Shown here: positions 24,121-36,986 of the stretch, piece by piece
Layout: every line of letters starts with the position of its first letter
Position numbering within the stretch: position 1 is the first letter of the stretch
Assembly (NCBI GenBank): GCA_052426225.1
Contig: JBNJNM010000011.1
Coordinates: forward strand, 4,650,001 to 4,714,000
Length of the DNA: 64,000 nucleotides
Reading direction: 5' to 3'
DNA from: Zancudomyces culisetae HAW-14-8
Taxonomy: Eukaryota > Fungi > Kickxellomycota
The notes under the pieces: generated by a model
What the model was told of the DNA's origin: nothing
The model's database searches: none
The model's input: only the letters and a program-made list of their open reading frames with translations
Made by a program: the position numbers and the translations under genes

Positions 24121-25686
24121 TCAAGAAAATAACACAAAGCCCACAACAGTAACGATTAGTATCAGAAAAATTTTAATCATCAGCCAGCGATTCGATGAAA
24201 GGTTCGAATAATAACTTAATAGCTCTGAATGTGCACCAGTTATATTCATTTCTACATCCTCGATTTGTGCATCAATCCGTTGAACTACATCGCTTTGTTC
24301 CGAAACCATGTGAGCTAATTGCTGAAAGATACCCCCAAGCTCAGAGATGGTAGACTCAATTGTTTTAATTGCATCGTTCCGAGTACTCAGATAGCTATTC
24401 TCATTTGTCTTGTGTTCTTGTTCTAAAATCAACTGCTGACTTTGTTGGGCTCTTGACTCCTCAAAATCGGGCAATGAAAATGATACATAATCTTGCTGCG
24501 GTTGCTGCTGTTCTTTTTGCTTTCCTGAATAGTTATCATCTACGTTATATCGATTCTGTCGTCTCTTTGACATATAGCGGGGTGTTTCTAACAGTATATT
24601 CATTTCGATTAATATCAAACCTAACATTCGCTGTTAAAAAATATAAATTTGATACTGCACTACAACTTCTCAAATTCACCCACGCCTCCACGTTATGTGT
24701 TTATATAATACCTTGTAAACCTATATCCAAGGAATCCTGCTTTCCAGCATACAGCTTCTCTCTTCTCGCAGTCGATTCTTTCAAGTTCTATTTTACAATC
24801 CAAAGCAACATTATAAATCTTTTTCAAACGGTTTATTCCCTTAAAAAGTTACCTCTCTTCTTATTTCCAGGACACCTTTAAAAGTGTTACTCGTGTTCGC
24901 AAGTTTAGATTGCAATAGCACTACAACGTTAGAATTATGTTGCGCTATTTGTTTTCCTACTGTACCACCGCTGTTTGCGCCTATACCGGTGTTATTATCC
25001 TTTGCACTATTCACCTTCTTCTGTAGGTCTGCAATATGGTTGTTTATTAGGGCTATCCGTTGCTTTACATTGTTTGTCAATTCCTATTCACATCGATTTT
25101 AACGATTTATGCTTTACTGTGTTTGTATAGTTAATAGGGATGAATAGTACAAGTAAGCTTTTTTTTACATTAATTTTCGTCGAATAGTCTTCAAACATTG
25201 TTCTCCGTTTGGATACTATACACGGTAGATATCACAAAATCTTTTAGTACATTCTTTTCCATTAACTTGTCACAATATTTTCTCTTCCCTCCCCCATATC
25301 TTTGAAAAGTATTAAGGGGCTTTTATAGACACGAAAACCAACTAAAGCATATGAAAAGCATTAATTCACTTACAGACTGCTAGCTCTTCCAAAATCAATG
25401 TGGTATCCTGTATTTCCTTGGCTACCATTTTTGCGCTTTTGGCAAATATGGTCTTTTCACTGTATTTGACATCCTCTTTCTCTTTCTCTTGTTTTTTGTT
25501 TGGATTATTCAAATAGTCAAATCGGTTAGCCACATTCTTGTCATGACCAATAATAGACCCTTTTTGTTGTTGTTGGCGATCTAGTGCATTGTTACCAGAG
25601 CTCGCCTGCCTCTTTCGTAGGGCGTTAGACAGTAAACGAAATTCTTTTGTCCGATCCTTTAATTCTCTTTTGTTAATCTGAACCAT
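24121..25686 (-). CDS. SED5: Syntaxin-5/Sed5 cis-Golgi t-SNARE, multi-exon
   Basis: N-terminal DRTKEF motif; exons encode SKRRTMFED and HNSNVVVLLQSKLA; SNARE motif IESTISELGGIFQQLAHMV; SSNRWLMIKIF and C-terminal TM. Confidence 0.95.
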
Positions 25687-26620
25687 TCTTATTAGTGATA
25701 CAATTTAATTATTTATTCGAACAAGGTAATTTATACAATATGTTTTCAGGGCGTCGCGGAGTTTTTTCTGAAAAAAGCAATAATATAGAACGACTATCCA
25801 ACGCGACTCTATATCTTAAAATAGTATCTTAAAGTATTGTGTGCAAATGCTTTTGGGCACAATTTATCTACTGCTCTAATTTCGTAGTGCTATTCCTATT
25901 AGCGGAAATGGTAAATGTAGTGTTTTTTTATGGCAATTTTTAGCTTTTTCTACTGTTGGCTAATGGCATCTTTAAAAAATTTTATTACAAAGAAAAAGTC
26001 AAAAAATTAAAGTGTGGGCGAATAGGAGCTCACCAAGCTGTTGGTCATTAATTTGTAACACATACCAATTTCAAAAAAAACCACAATATTGCTCCCTCAC
26101 CCTCCTATCTCATCCCATTCTCAATTTTGTGACATGACAGTAACATGAAGTTTGCACTGTTTGAATACAGACATAAAAAACAAGTAAAAACAAATAAAAA
26201 CAGTACGAAGCAAATAGGAAGGATAAAAAAAACAGCTCAATCAAGTCAACAGAAATAGCGATTTAGATTGAAGTGGGAAGGCTCAAAATGAAAAATGAAA
26301 AATGAAAAACAATAACAGAAATAAAAGCAGAAAGAACATATACTATATGCAAAAGTCCTAGCAATTGGAAAAAGGGAAGCTTTTCAAAAAAATATATATA
26401 TATTTTTATTTTTTGAAAAGGGAGTTGTAGGAATAGGAAATCCAAAAAGAAGGACCTTGGAATTTGCGTTCTTTTTGAGTGTTTAAACGCAGATTCCTGT
26501 ATTTTTAAAAACTTTGGTTATCTTTAATCAAGACCAAAGTATATACAAAAGATCACTACGCTAGAAAGAGATAATAGCTATATAGCAGATATAGATCAAT
26601 TGGATAATTTGACGTAGAGA

Positions 26621-27814
26621 ATGGAAGTATTGGTATTACCAAACAAGTACAAAGTGGGGAAAATCTTGGGACAAGGAACATATGCTGATGTTCGGGTGGT
26701 GGCCAATAAAGCTACAGGGAAAAAGTATGCGGCCAAGATAATGAATAAAAAGCAAATGATCGGGAGGGAAAAAACAATTATAAAAGAAATAAGGATACTA
26801 AAACTGTTGTTGAATGGTGGAGTCAAAACTTCTTATAACAATAGTATTGAGAATAAAAGCAATAGAGATGATGCAAATGCACGATTTGAAGTAGGAAAAG
26901 ATCGGGTTTTAAAATTGATCGAATATTTTGAAACTATACAGGAAATATACTTAATAACAGAGTTATATAGAGGGGGAGAGCTGTTTGAGATGATATGGAA
27001 TAAGAAACACTATACCGAAGAAGATGCCAAGAGTATAATACGACAAATAGCAAGCGGTGTGCAGTACATGCACAGTAATGGAATTGTTCACCGAGATTTG
27101 AAACCTGAAAATATTATGTTTAAGAGTAAAAACTTTGAGGACGGAATAGTAATAGTGGATTTCGGATTAGCGCGAGTCGTAGAAGATATTAAGAGCACCA
27201 CTGGAAATAGTAAAAACAGCACAAATAAAAGTTTTCGTGAGACTTGTAAATGTACCTTTGATTGTGACTGTGACAGCCACTTAAAAAACGAAGACGAAGA
27301 GCTATTCTTTGATTACGACTTTATTTCACTGTGTGGTACACCAGGATATATTGCACCAGAAGTAATATTACGTACAGGCCACGGAAAAGCGGTTGATATC
27401 TGGGCAATTGGAGTAATAACATACTATATATTATCGGGAATACCACCATTTAGCAGCGAAGAAGTACGAGTTGAGATTAGCAACATACTAATGGGCAAAT
27501 ATGGGTTTGAAAATAGCAAAGTGTGGACCAAACTGTCCGATTTGCCAACCGAGTTCATCAATAAGGCGTTAAAAACAAATCCAGCCGATCGGCCAAACAT
27601 CGAGTCCTTGTTAGCAGATGCATGGTTGACTAATTCCAGCGATAACAAATGGCGCGGCACTTCTAATAACTTTGGCGATACTACGGTCGATAACAGCGTT
27701 CTCGGTACTCCCAACAGAAACATTAGCAAGTGCGTACGTGATGGCGACAATAAAAATAGCGATAACGACAAAAGTGGTGAGAGTATAAATCTATTACCAT
27801 ATTTTACTAGATGA
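26621..27814 (+). CDS. CaMK1/Cmk-like Ser/Thr protein kinase
   Basis: LGQGTYA, YAAK, GGELFE, HRDLKPEN, DFG, CGTPGYIAPE, DIWAIG. Confidence 0.92.
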   Translation: MEVLVLPNKYKVGKILGQGTYADVRVVANKATGKKYAAKIMNKKQMIGREKTIIKEIRILKLLLNGGVKTSYNNSIENKSNRDDANARFEVGKDRVLKLIEYFETIQEIYLITELYRGGELFEMIWNKKHYTEEDAKSIIRQIASGVQYMHSNGIVHRDLKPENIMFKSKNFEDGIVIVDFGLARVVEDIKSTTGNSKNSTNKSFRETCKCTFDCDCDSHLKNEDEELFFDYDFISLCGTPGYIAPEVILRTGHGKAVDIWAIGVITYYILSGIPPFSSEEVRVEISNILMGKYGFENSKVWTKLSDLPTEFINKALKTNPADRPNIESLLADAWLTNSSDNKWRGTSNNFGDTTVDNSVLGTPNRNISKCVRDGDNKNSDNDKSGESINLLPYFTR

Positions 27815-27892
27815 AGGTTTCTAAAAAGCGTATGGAATAGGAAAATGTATTTGATTTCTGCTTAATGATGTTTTTTCCATTTTGTAAAATCA

Positions 27893-29077
27893 TCAGCGAA
27901 ACAGATTCAAAACATATTCATAAGTAATAAACATGATGGCAGAGTTTGGGACAGTTCGCATCAAATGCGTCCCCAAGCCGCCATAAAAGGCTCTAACGCC
28001 TTCCTCTTTAAAGATAAGCATTGCTGTTTGTCTAAGCGTTTGGTATTTTAAAGATCCTCCCGGCAAGGGAGGCTGTCTCAATCTAGTGCGTAAAACTTCG
28101 TGGGGATATGCAATGACGGTTGCGATGAGTTTAGCAATTCCAGCTGCGCCTACTAAACCGGCCCACCGCGTGGTGTTATTTGCCGCAGAGAGTCCATCAT
28201 CGCTAAAGAGTTTTTTAAGTTTTTCATAAATAACCCAGTGAATACACACCTCGCTAACTCCTAAATACGATGCAGTTGTTCCTTTATACAATCCTTTTAT
28301 TCCCTCCATCTTATATATCTGCAGTAGACCGCCCAAAATGCCACTCTTAGGCCCACCATCGAGCCGTGTTAGTTGCATTCTTGTCTTGGCCAGCCATATT
28401 GGGTTAGTTGCTGTGACAGTAACTACTCCTGATGTCATTGCCGATATCAAATGGATTAGAGCACTGTCATTTCGGTTGTACAGTTCTTCTAGTATTGCCT
28501 TGGTACTTCCATAAAAGTAAAATTGAATAGCCCTTGTCGGTATTATTCCGACTAGTCCCGCACCCAGTCCGAGATACAGCCCTTTTACTCCTTCAGTTGT
28601 TACTATTTGCTTTAATATACTCAATGTGGAGGATCTAAATACTACCGATGTAGCTGATGCAGCTGGTGCGGCTGATACTGCTGTAGCTGCTACTACTCCT
28701 TTAGCACCAGGTGCTGCGACTTGTATTCTGAATGTCGATGACTATTTGTGCAGGATTTTGTTTTTAATGGCATTATCTATTTTATTGTGCTTGATTTACT
28801 TTGCGTAACTATACCTTAAACAAGTCAATACTGGGAATTATATCTTACCTGTAACCTTGTTCTAATCACGTCTAATGGCGCCGTAACTATTGTCCCGATC
28901 ATCCCCCCTGCGCTGTTAGGTTTGTATGACACATTTGTTATTCTTCTTTTAGGTACCGTTTTGTTTTTACAATAATTGATTTGTTTTTCTACAGATTTCA
29001 AATTTTACTTACCCACCAGCTACCAAATGACCCCAATTGCTTTTTTTACTTTCTATTTCCTTTATTTTTTCAGCCAT
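27893..29077 (-). CDS. RIM2: Mitochondrial pyrimidine nucleotide carrier (Rim2/SLC25A33/36), 3 exons
   Basis: Exons 29077-29013, 28912-28849 and 28741-27893; PLDVIRTRLQ, TNPIWLAKTRMQL, AYPHEVLRTRLR. Confidence 0.9.
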
Positions 29078-30036
29078 ATTCGATATTTACTATATCTACA
29101 ATTCCAAATTTTAATGTTAGTTACAACCTAGTTCCGCTTTTATGTAAATAATTGCGCTTGTTTTGCCTATTCTTTCATATATATTTATATTCTTCATTCT
29201 GAATTACCTTAAAAATACATATTATTATTATTATTTTCACACAACTATACCAAATACACATATATACAATCTAAAGCTTTAGAAATTTCTGGCTTTATCG
29301 ACAAGTTATAAGACTAAAACAGCATATTCATCCTAGTAAACTTAGTTGGTATATGGTTGAATTGTAACCACTCAATAAATTGAATGAAAAAAAAAAAACC
29401 AAGAAATAAAAATTTTTTTTTGCCACCAACTTGATCTATCTGTAGTATTTGCTGCCTTTGTCAATTTACAATAAAAACATGGCCATAATGATACCAGGTA
29501 ATTATTGGTTGGCCAAACTTGGGTTTTTCATTCGAATATCTGAAAATTCACCAATGGTGAGTGTATCTTAATTTACCCAGCTATAGGTTCCCGTTTTTCT
29601 CGATTTGCATTGGAGCGCGTGATTTCTTAAGGTCCAATGTAAACCAGAGTATTAAATGGCAAGCACTTTGTTTGTAAGTTGAATGTCTCTAATAATATGT
29701 TAACATTTTACCTGCACTTTTGTGAACTTACTCATTCGCAGGTATGACCTCAGAACACAAAGCTGCTACAATTTTGCTAGTGTTTTTTTCAAGCAAAGTC
29801 TGGCGTAGTGTGATTAGCTTTTTGCATATCACCTTCCTTTCCTTATTTGGATATTTGCTATGATTTTATATTTGTTAAATAGAACAAGAAGTGCACTTTG
29901 GCATAGAATCGAGATTTTGGTCATGCACCACTGGAAAAACGTTCCCTAAGGCACGCGAACTGCAGTATGGAAATAATATATATAGAACTACAAAAACAAA
30001 AACTGCAATTATAATTTATTTGACAAGTGTAGGTAA

Positions 30037-30975
30037 TTATAAAGCGGCTTTTTTGGAAAACATTCTATCAAATTCAGGAATCAAAATCTGGGCAATGGTG
30101 AATGAAAAGATAAGTTTAGGCCCAACAACCAAAATCTTTGGGGTCAAACCTTTAAACAATCCACCCCATCCTTCGGTTTTAATCAGATCCTTAAAGATCG
30201 TGAATCCTGAAGTTTTAACCTCAAAGTTCTTGGCCTGGATTCTGGTTTTGATCACATCCAATGGAGCAGAAACCGTTAAACTTGCAACAGCACCACCAAT
30301 ACTAGCACAGAAGTTTTGGAAGTATGTAGCCTTGTTGTAATCGCGCAATCCAAAAACGTAGTCCTTCACAATTGCGGAGCCTCCAAACAACGCAAACGAA
30401 CCTGGTGCGTTTCTCGCCATGGTCCATCCTGTACCCTTGTACAGGTTGAGTCGTTCTTCGCTAATAATCTTAAATACACCACGACCCTTGAACGCCTCTG
30501 GATTTGTCTGTCTTTTGATTTTCAGCACGTCCAGTGGAAGCAACACAACCTCTCCGATTCCGATCAAACTACCGGCAGTTGCAAACATTATCGCGTTCCC
30601 ATTGCGCTTTCCAAATACCCTAGTAAAATCTGAGCCGTAGTGCTTGTTCAAATAATCTTTTACCACTGGTTGTCCACCAAATTTGTATACTCTTTGCAAA
30701 ATTTTATAACCTGCTGCGTATCCTAACCCAGGGAACAACGATGTAAATCGGCGGAAGTAACCTTTTTCAGCTGCATCTCTAAATATAACCTTGTTGAAGG
30801 TACTGATGCCTTGAGAGAGTGGCTGACCTGAAGTAAAAATCTTGGTTTGGTTGTTCATTAATCTTTTGGTAATTGTGTCCACTGGATGGAACAGGAACAA
30901 TTCCGAGATTCCAGCTGTTGCGGAACCCAAGACTCTTGCTGTTCCAGATTCTCCTTTGCTTGCAATTGGTGCCAT
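30037..30975 (-). CDS. GGC1: Mitochondrial GTP/GDP carrier
   Basis: HPVDTITKRLM, SLFPGLGYAAGYKILQRVYKFGGQP, LPLDVLKIKRQTNPE. Confidence 0.95.
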   Translation of the reverse strand: MAPIASKGESGTARVLGSATAGISELFLFHPVDTITKRLMNNQTKIFTSGQPLSQGISTFNKVIFRDAAEKGYFRRFTSLFPGLGYAAGYKILQRVYKFGGQPVVKDYLNKHYGSDFTRVFGKRNGNAIMFATAGSLIGIGEVVLLPLDVLKIKRQTNPEAFKGRGVFKIISEERLNLYKGTGWTMARNAPGSFALFGGSAIVKDYVFGLRDYNKATYFQNFCASIGGAVASLTVSAPLDVIKTRIQAKNFEVKTSGFTIFKDLIKTEGWGGLFKGLTPKILVVGPKLIFSFTIAQILIPEFDRMFSKKAAL

Positions 30976-32876
30976 TATTTTTTTCTTCTATTATTGTACT
31001 TTGAATTATTCTGCGTACTATACCTAGTGATACTTAAATATATATATAGTTGTTTTGTTCTAAAAAAATTTTTCCGATTTATCTTTTTTTTTTGATTTAC
31101 CAAGCTTCTATATCAACAGTTAATACCTTTAATTAATAATTGATAGTTGATAATTGGAAATTACCTAAAAACGCAGGGAAAAAAAGCAAATACTAATTGA
31201 TATTACAAAACAAAAGCCTTAGTGATATTATAATTCATCCAATCATTAAAAAGGGAGGGACGAACACTTCCCATAAATCACGCTCATTCACCTTCGAATT
31301 AGAGCCTTCGAGTTATATGAGGATTTAGAGCATGAGAGACGGGTACAAGCTACACTATATTAAAAGGAACTGTGATAGAAGATTATTTGGCTATCATCTG
31401 CTTCTTACTTGCATTTTCAATCTCTACTTTTTTGTTGAAAAGAGAAAAGAGAAAAGGCAACTTATTGTTCTAGGTCTTGCCCATTATATACCCGACCCAA
31501 AATTTTTTTTGAATTTTTCATTTAGTTAATGCCTAACACCTATTTTATATGAAGAACCTATGCTCATTGATACCTAGACGTATTAAAAGCAAATCCAAGG
31601 CTGCTTTATCAAGACTTTAAACTTTTATCAAAGCTGTCTTTTCAAAACTTCAGGCTATTATATGCTTTTTGTGCATCTCAAAAAGATAGGATGCATTATC
31701 AAAAATGAAAAAATATAGTGTTGAATTTTACACATAAAAGTTATCAGACCACTTATTAATCTGCATTTTGATCCGTTGATTGATGAATCAACTTTGCCAT
31801 TTTTTTTTTGTTTTCCTTGATGACGAACTTTGCCATGTTGAATCAAGTTTGATTGAAAAGGATAGTCTTTCAATTGCTAGTTCAAGTAAGGGGTCAGTTT
31901 ACTATAATTCTTGAGACGTTCTTATAGTAAACCTAGTTAATAATACTGATAGGAGTCTAAAAAAAGGACACGAGTATTAGCAATGACGCATAAGACGAGT
32001 AATATCAGTACTTTTCACTTTGATATGAGAAAACGGTTCATCGTTTCTACCAGATGATGTGCCTAGTTAGGCCAGAACTGAGACCAAGATTAGATTTTAC
32101 AAAAGAAAAAAGTATAGGTCAAAAGTTGTTGAGGTTGACTTACTTGGATCTTTTTCTTCAAGGATATGACTTTTTTTGAATTACCTATAAGTATGTAGCA
32201 GCATTTCAAATCCCACAACAATTCATTTTTTCAAAAAATACGGATATAGTATTACCAGCTCGATCAAAAACACTAAAGTTTTGTGCAGCAACTTATCAAA
32301 ACTATACTTGTACTCGCCGTGTATTTCTTTTATACCCCTTTTCTCTCTCTTTATTTTATTAATAAGGATTTGCAGTGAAAAAACAAACAAACAAGAAATA
32401 ATATGGCAAAATTAGCACGCGCTCACACAAGAATGATACTAATAGACCAAAAAAGTTTCAATAATGATAACAATGCTTTATTTTAGCATCTTTGGGGTTG
32501 TACTCAAGTAGGTTGTGGAGATTAAATTTACATTTTTGACTGTGGATATGTATTACCCTTATGTTGCAGCTCTATTATACTCCAAGGCTCGAATAAGATA
32601 GGAGGAGTAAAAACTAGACTTACAGCGCTACCTAAACATCAAAACTTCGGAAAACCCTTGAACCTGAATATCAGAAATCAACTCATTCAAAAACACCCAA
32701 TAAGCTTAGCTATCATAAAACGCATGTTTGGTGAGAAAAATCATCAAAAAAATTAAATTGACCGAATGTTCTTAATTAAGACAAGATAATGATGAAACAA
32801 CATAGTTGGAGAAAATCGGTGTAATAAATTTGGTATAAAATCTCATGACTAACCTAAATAACCATCTTTCTTCTTC

Positions 32877-32908
32877 CACTCTTTCACTCTTTCACTCTTT
32901 CACTCTTT
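32877..32908 (+). repeat. (CACTCTTT)4 tandem repeat upstream of MAPR gene
   Basis: Four exact 8-nt units. Confidence 0.85.
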
Positions 32909-33152
32909 AGCATATTACAAGAGGCATTTTCAGCTTTAAAACATCTTTGGCATTGCAGAAATATTCAGCAGGTAAATATTACTACCTCCAATTATTCTTG
33001 AGTTCAATATAGGCTATAGTCGCAAGAAAAAGTAAAAAGGTTAAACATAAAAATAATATTAAATAGTATTAAATAGGGGCAAAATCTGTATTCAAAACTT
33101 CAAAGTTGCAGTAATAAAAAAAAAGTAAATTTAGTCGAAAATACAAAAAAGG

Positions 33153-33491
33153 ATGTATTCTGAACCAGGAAAAACGTTTGACCTTGAATCGCTGTCCAGA
33201 TACGATGGAAACAACCCGAGTGGTTTGATATACATCGCCATAAAGGGAAAAGTCTATGATGTCTCGCATCGAACTCAGTATTACGGCAGAGGAGGGTCAT
33301 ACGAAATACTTGCTGGAAAGGATGCCACTGTCAATCTAGCAAAGTTTACAAAAGATCCGGAACACATCCCAAGACCTGGTGATTCTATATATGATCTTTC
33401 CAGCTTTACAGAGAGCGAGTGGAAAGAACTTAACAAGTGGATTGCATTTTTTGATGATAGGTATCAAGTAGTTGGGTCTCTTGTATATTAG
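33153..33491 (+). CDS. Cytochrome b5-like heme/steroid-binding protein (MAPR/Dap1 family), no TM anchor visible
   Basis: LSRYDG, IYIAIKGKVYDVS, YYGRGGSYEILAGKDAT, W..FF..RY.VVG. Confidence 0.88.
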   Translation: MYSEPGKTFDLESLSRYDGNNPSGLIYIAIKGKVYDVSHRTQYYGRGGSYEILAGKDATVNLAKFTKDPEHIPRPGDSIYDLSSFTESEWKELNKWIAFFDDRYQVVGSLVY

Positions 33492-34057
33492 TTGTTTATT
33501 TTGTACAAGAAAGTTTTAGAGGCATCCTTTCGCCTAATCTCATAGCAGAAAAAGATAATAAACCAGGTTTTTAGGAATAAGGTATTCACAATCATTCATC
33601 AAACCACATCCTTCAACAAACAAGTGTGATTTTCAGAAGATATCACACATAATAAATGATGTTAGCATTATCGCGCTGCCTTACCAGTAGAGAAACACTA
33701 TTTTCAAAGCATAATGGGCTCAATGTTGGAAAATGATAAATTTATTACTTTTTTAAAATAAATATAACTTTGCAAAAATGAACAACTGTCAATATATGAG
33801 GTTGTATTGAATTACTGTGAGCTAAAGATTTAAAATTGATTATCTCGTTTTCTTTGTAAAAATGTTTTAGCTATTGGCTTGATATTCCTCTTGATATTAG
33901 AAATAGTAAAAAGGTAACGTATGATTAAATAACTATACTAACTTGAAAATATATTAAAAAAGAGGCAACAAAGTAAAATCTAAAAAATTAATGATAAACC
34001 ACTCAAATTAAATCCAATATAGCATCAAATATATAGAAAAAGTGCAACAAAAAAATT

Positions 34058-34129
34058 GCCCGGTTAGCTCAATGGTAGAGCGTGAGGCTTTTAACCTCAA
34101 GGCTGTGGGTTCGAGCCCCACATCGGGCG
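34058..34129 (+). tRNA. tRNA-Lys (anticodon TTT)
   Basis: Acceptor GCCCGGT/ATCGGGC, anticodon arm TGAGG-CT-TTT-AA-CCTCA, T-loop GTTCGAGC, downstream T-run terminator. Confidence 0.97.
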
Positions 34130-35726
34130 TTTCCTTTTTAAATTTTGTAGCGCTGTATTTAGTGGTTACATTTTTTTTGCTAGTGTGTCAATTAGGATTA
34201 CAAATGAGAACATGGTTGTAGGAAAGAGTAAACTTTAGTATTACAATATTTATTACTTTGCAAGTTTATTCTTTACTTGATGTTTTTTATTATAATACTA
34301 AAACAGAAGTACATCATAAGCATTTCCAACAGTAGCAGAACTAGTTAAGTGATTCGTGGTCTGAGTATAACAGACAAAATCAATGTATATCAAACTGAGC
34401 TACCAGCTTAGCTGAACACACATTAGATTAAGTGTAGCATCTACAACTATTATGTCAGCAGTTAAATCACATTTTTATATGTTTTGTGCATCTGTTATCG
34501 TGTACTCGTTATTAAACTAATCTACTCTCAATATACGAAAAATTATCTAGAATACGGGGTTGGCTGTCATTCCTTTTTCCACTATAGGTGTTATGGTTTG
34601 AAGAAATGGATTCCAAAAAATATTGAGGATTGCCAATAAAAAAATCCTCTAAACAGGCACCTCCTAACCATTTATGCATGTATTTTAGCAGAGATTTCCT
34701 GCAAATTCAATGAAATTTTGTATTTGAGTGTCCTTGAAGTTTTTGTGGGCTCCAATTCTGATTTACAAAATATAATGATAATCAAATTAAAGAAAGTGTA
34801 AAATCATAGAAGCAGAGGTCAAAATATAGGGTAGAACTATAAAAAAAATAAGTGGTGTGTTTGAAGAGATGGGCCAATTTAGTTGTAACAAGTGGGGGTT
34901 AGAAAGCCCGTATGCGAACACTTGCACTTTAATTTGCTTTGTATACATCCAAAGACAAGAGCTGTAGTTGCCAATCTAAGCACAATTTTAATGTATTATA
35001 AGTTTGAACTTTTGGGTATTTTGCAAGATGTAGCGCTTCAAATACATCAACCCGCGTATGAGAGGGAGAATAGGGGGGAGAGGGGTTATTATTTATTAAT
35101 TCTGCCGTTTTACCTTTTGTCAAAAAGATAAAAGTACATCTAAAATCATTCAATTGTATTTATCCCAACGAAAATATATATTAACATAACCAAAAGCACA
35201 AGAGACCGATGTATAACCAACAATAGTCGGTAAAGGCAGGCATTTATGATGTACGGTGGTGAGCTGAGTCTGTTTAACGTCGAAGGTTTAACTTTTACTA
35301 TGATGGGATATGTCCATATTCTCTGCTAGCAAAAGAGGCCAGATAGAATAACAACCTTTCTGCTTCTAGCAATACTTTATTCTAAAAATAATGCAATGTA
35401 TAATATAAAAGAGATCACATGTAAATCAGGCATAATGACAATTGTTTTACATGGTGTGCAATTGTATAAATAAGCTCAGAGTTTGTATATTTAATACATT
35501 GGTATATTCGCTCTTTAACGAACATAGGATAAAAAAAATCCTAAAAAATTCAGAAAACAATTTAAAGGCAGGGTGCCTCCCTCCTCCCCTTTAGCTCATA
35601 AAAGCAAATATCAATGAGCAACGTTAAATATATAAAACTCAGAGCTGTTTATTAGGAATAGAAGAGTAAATAATTAGATTTCACAAGATAACTATAAAGA
35701 CACCAACCTCAAACAAAAACAAAAGC

Positions 35727-36986
35727 ATGAAAATTAGCAAGATTAAAAGTATAGCTTGGATAGTGCATTTACTGAACATAGTAAGTGTGTCAGGACAAAC
35801 GACAGTACCAAAATGTAAATCAGTGGTGACACGAAAGGAAATAAGATCATTGACAGGACTGGAATTGAGTTTGTTTAAAAACGTGGTTACTGTAATGTAT
35901 GACTTGGGATGGTTTACGTGGTTCGCATATATTCATGAAAAGTTTTTTGATCCTATTCACTTTGTACCAATGTTCCTGCCATTTCATCGTATGTTTGCTG
36001 CTGATTTTGAAAGAGTAGGGCAAATGTTTCACCCAAAATTCATGTTGCCGTATTGGGATTCAGCAAGAGATTTTAGCGATCCAGCGGCAAGTCAGGTTTT
36101 TACATCTAGTTACGCTGGAGGCAATGGGAGAGGAAACAACTGTGTAGTTGATGGAATGCAAGGGCAATGGACGATGGGATTTCCAACTAAGCATTGTCTA
36201 CAAAGAATATTCAACAACGGTGCAAAAATAAAAAGTTGGGAAAGCCCGGAGAGGATAAGCAACATCTTGATGACAAGTACCACATACGATTCGTTTAGAA
36301 ACAATTTAGAATATGGGTTACACGCATCGATCCACAATGGAATAGCGGGAGATATGTCATCAAAACATTCACCAAATGATATATTCTTTTTTTTACACCA
36401 CTCGAATATGGACAGAATCTGGTGGAAGTGGCAGAATATTCAAGCACAAAACATGTATGCTTACAGTGGAATCAACAAAGATGGATCAGCAGCAAAATTG
36501 TCAGATAAAGTTACTGTATACAACGACCAGCTAGCGAATACCATGAAGATAGGATATGGAAATTTGTGTTATGTTTATGATGGCGAAGTCAAACCAGCCA
36601 AAAAAAGACAGGAGGCTTCAGAAATGTTACCAGAGATGAATCTAGCGTCGGCACTCTCTTCACAGGTCCTCAATGAGTATTTCCCTCTATTGTTAAATGA
36701 CAATATTGGAGCCAAAGCCACTGATCTTCCACCAAACTTTGGCCAAACAAGCATGGACTACATCAACCAACATTATTCGTCCTCCAATTCTGCAGCATCT
36801 GTCCAGAGTGCAGCCAGTGCCCAAAAGCGGATAGGTAAACCCAAAATGCCTATGCCCGGTAGGTTGTCCGATGCATGGCTGAATATGCATGATGTTGATG
36901 TCAATAAATACGACACCTACTACAATACCTCTGTCTCTTTTGTAAATGCTCTAAATTCCCAGGGGTACGTCTCGCCCTATCTATAA
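35727..36986 (+). CDS. Secreted tyrosinase (type-3 di-copper)
   Basis: Signal peptide; RKEIRSL; CuA H..H..FLPFHR; LPYWD; CuB HASIH and FFLHHSNMDRIWWKWQ; KKR before a C-terminal domain. Confidence 0.93.
   Translation: MKISKIKSIAWIVHLLNIVSVSGQTTVPKCKSVVTRKEIRSLTGLELSLFKNVVTVMYDLGWFTWFAYIHEKFFDPIHFVPMFLPFHRMFAADFERVGQMFHPKFMLPYWDSARDFSDPAASQVFTSSYAGGNGRGNNCVVDGMQGQWTMGFPTKHCLQRIFNNGAKIKSWESPERISNILMTSTTYDSFRNNLEYGLHASIHNGIAGDMSSKHSPNDIFFFLHHSNMDRIWWKWQNIQAQNMYAYSGINKDGSAAKLSDKVTVYNDQLANTMKIGYGNLCYVYDGEVKPAKKRQEASEMLPEMNLASALSSQVLNEYFPLLLNDNIGAKATDLPPNFGQTSMDYINQHYSSSNSAASVQSAASAQKRIGKPKMPMPGRLSDAWLNMHDVDVNKYDTYYNTSVSFVNALNSQGYVSPYL

Noticed and set aside
27812-27865. Stop readthrough at the kinase TGA adding RFLKSVWNRKMYLISA
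   Set aside because: A 16-codon open stretch is unremarkable and there is no readthrough context
34903-34930. Group II intron domain V-like AGCCCGTATGCG..TGCAC
   Set aside because: The 3' strand (GTACGGTTC) is absent and no other domains are visible
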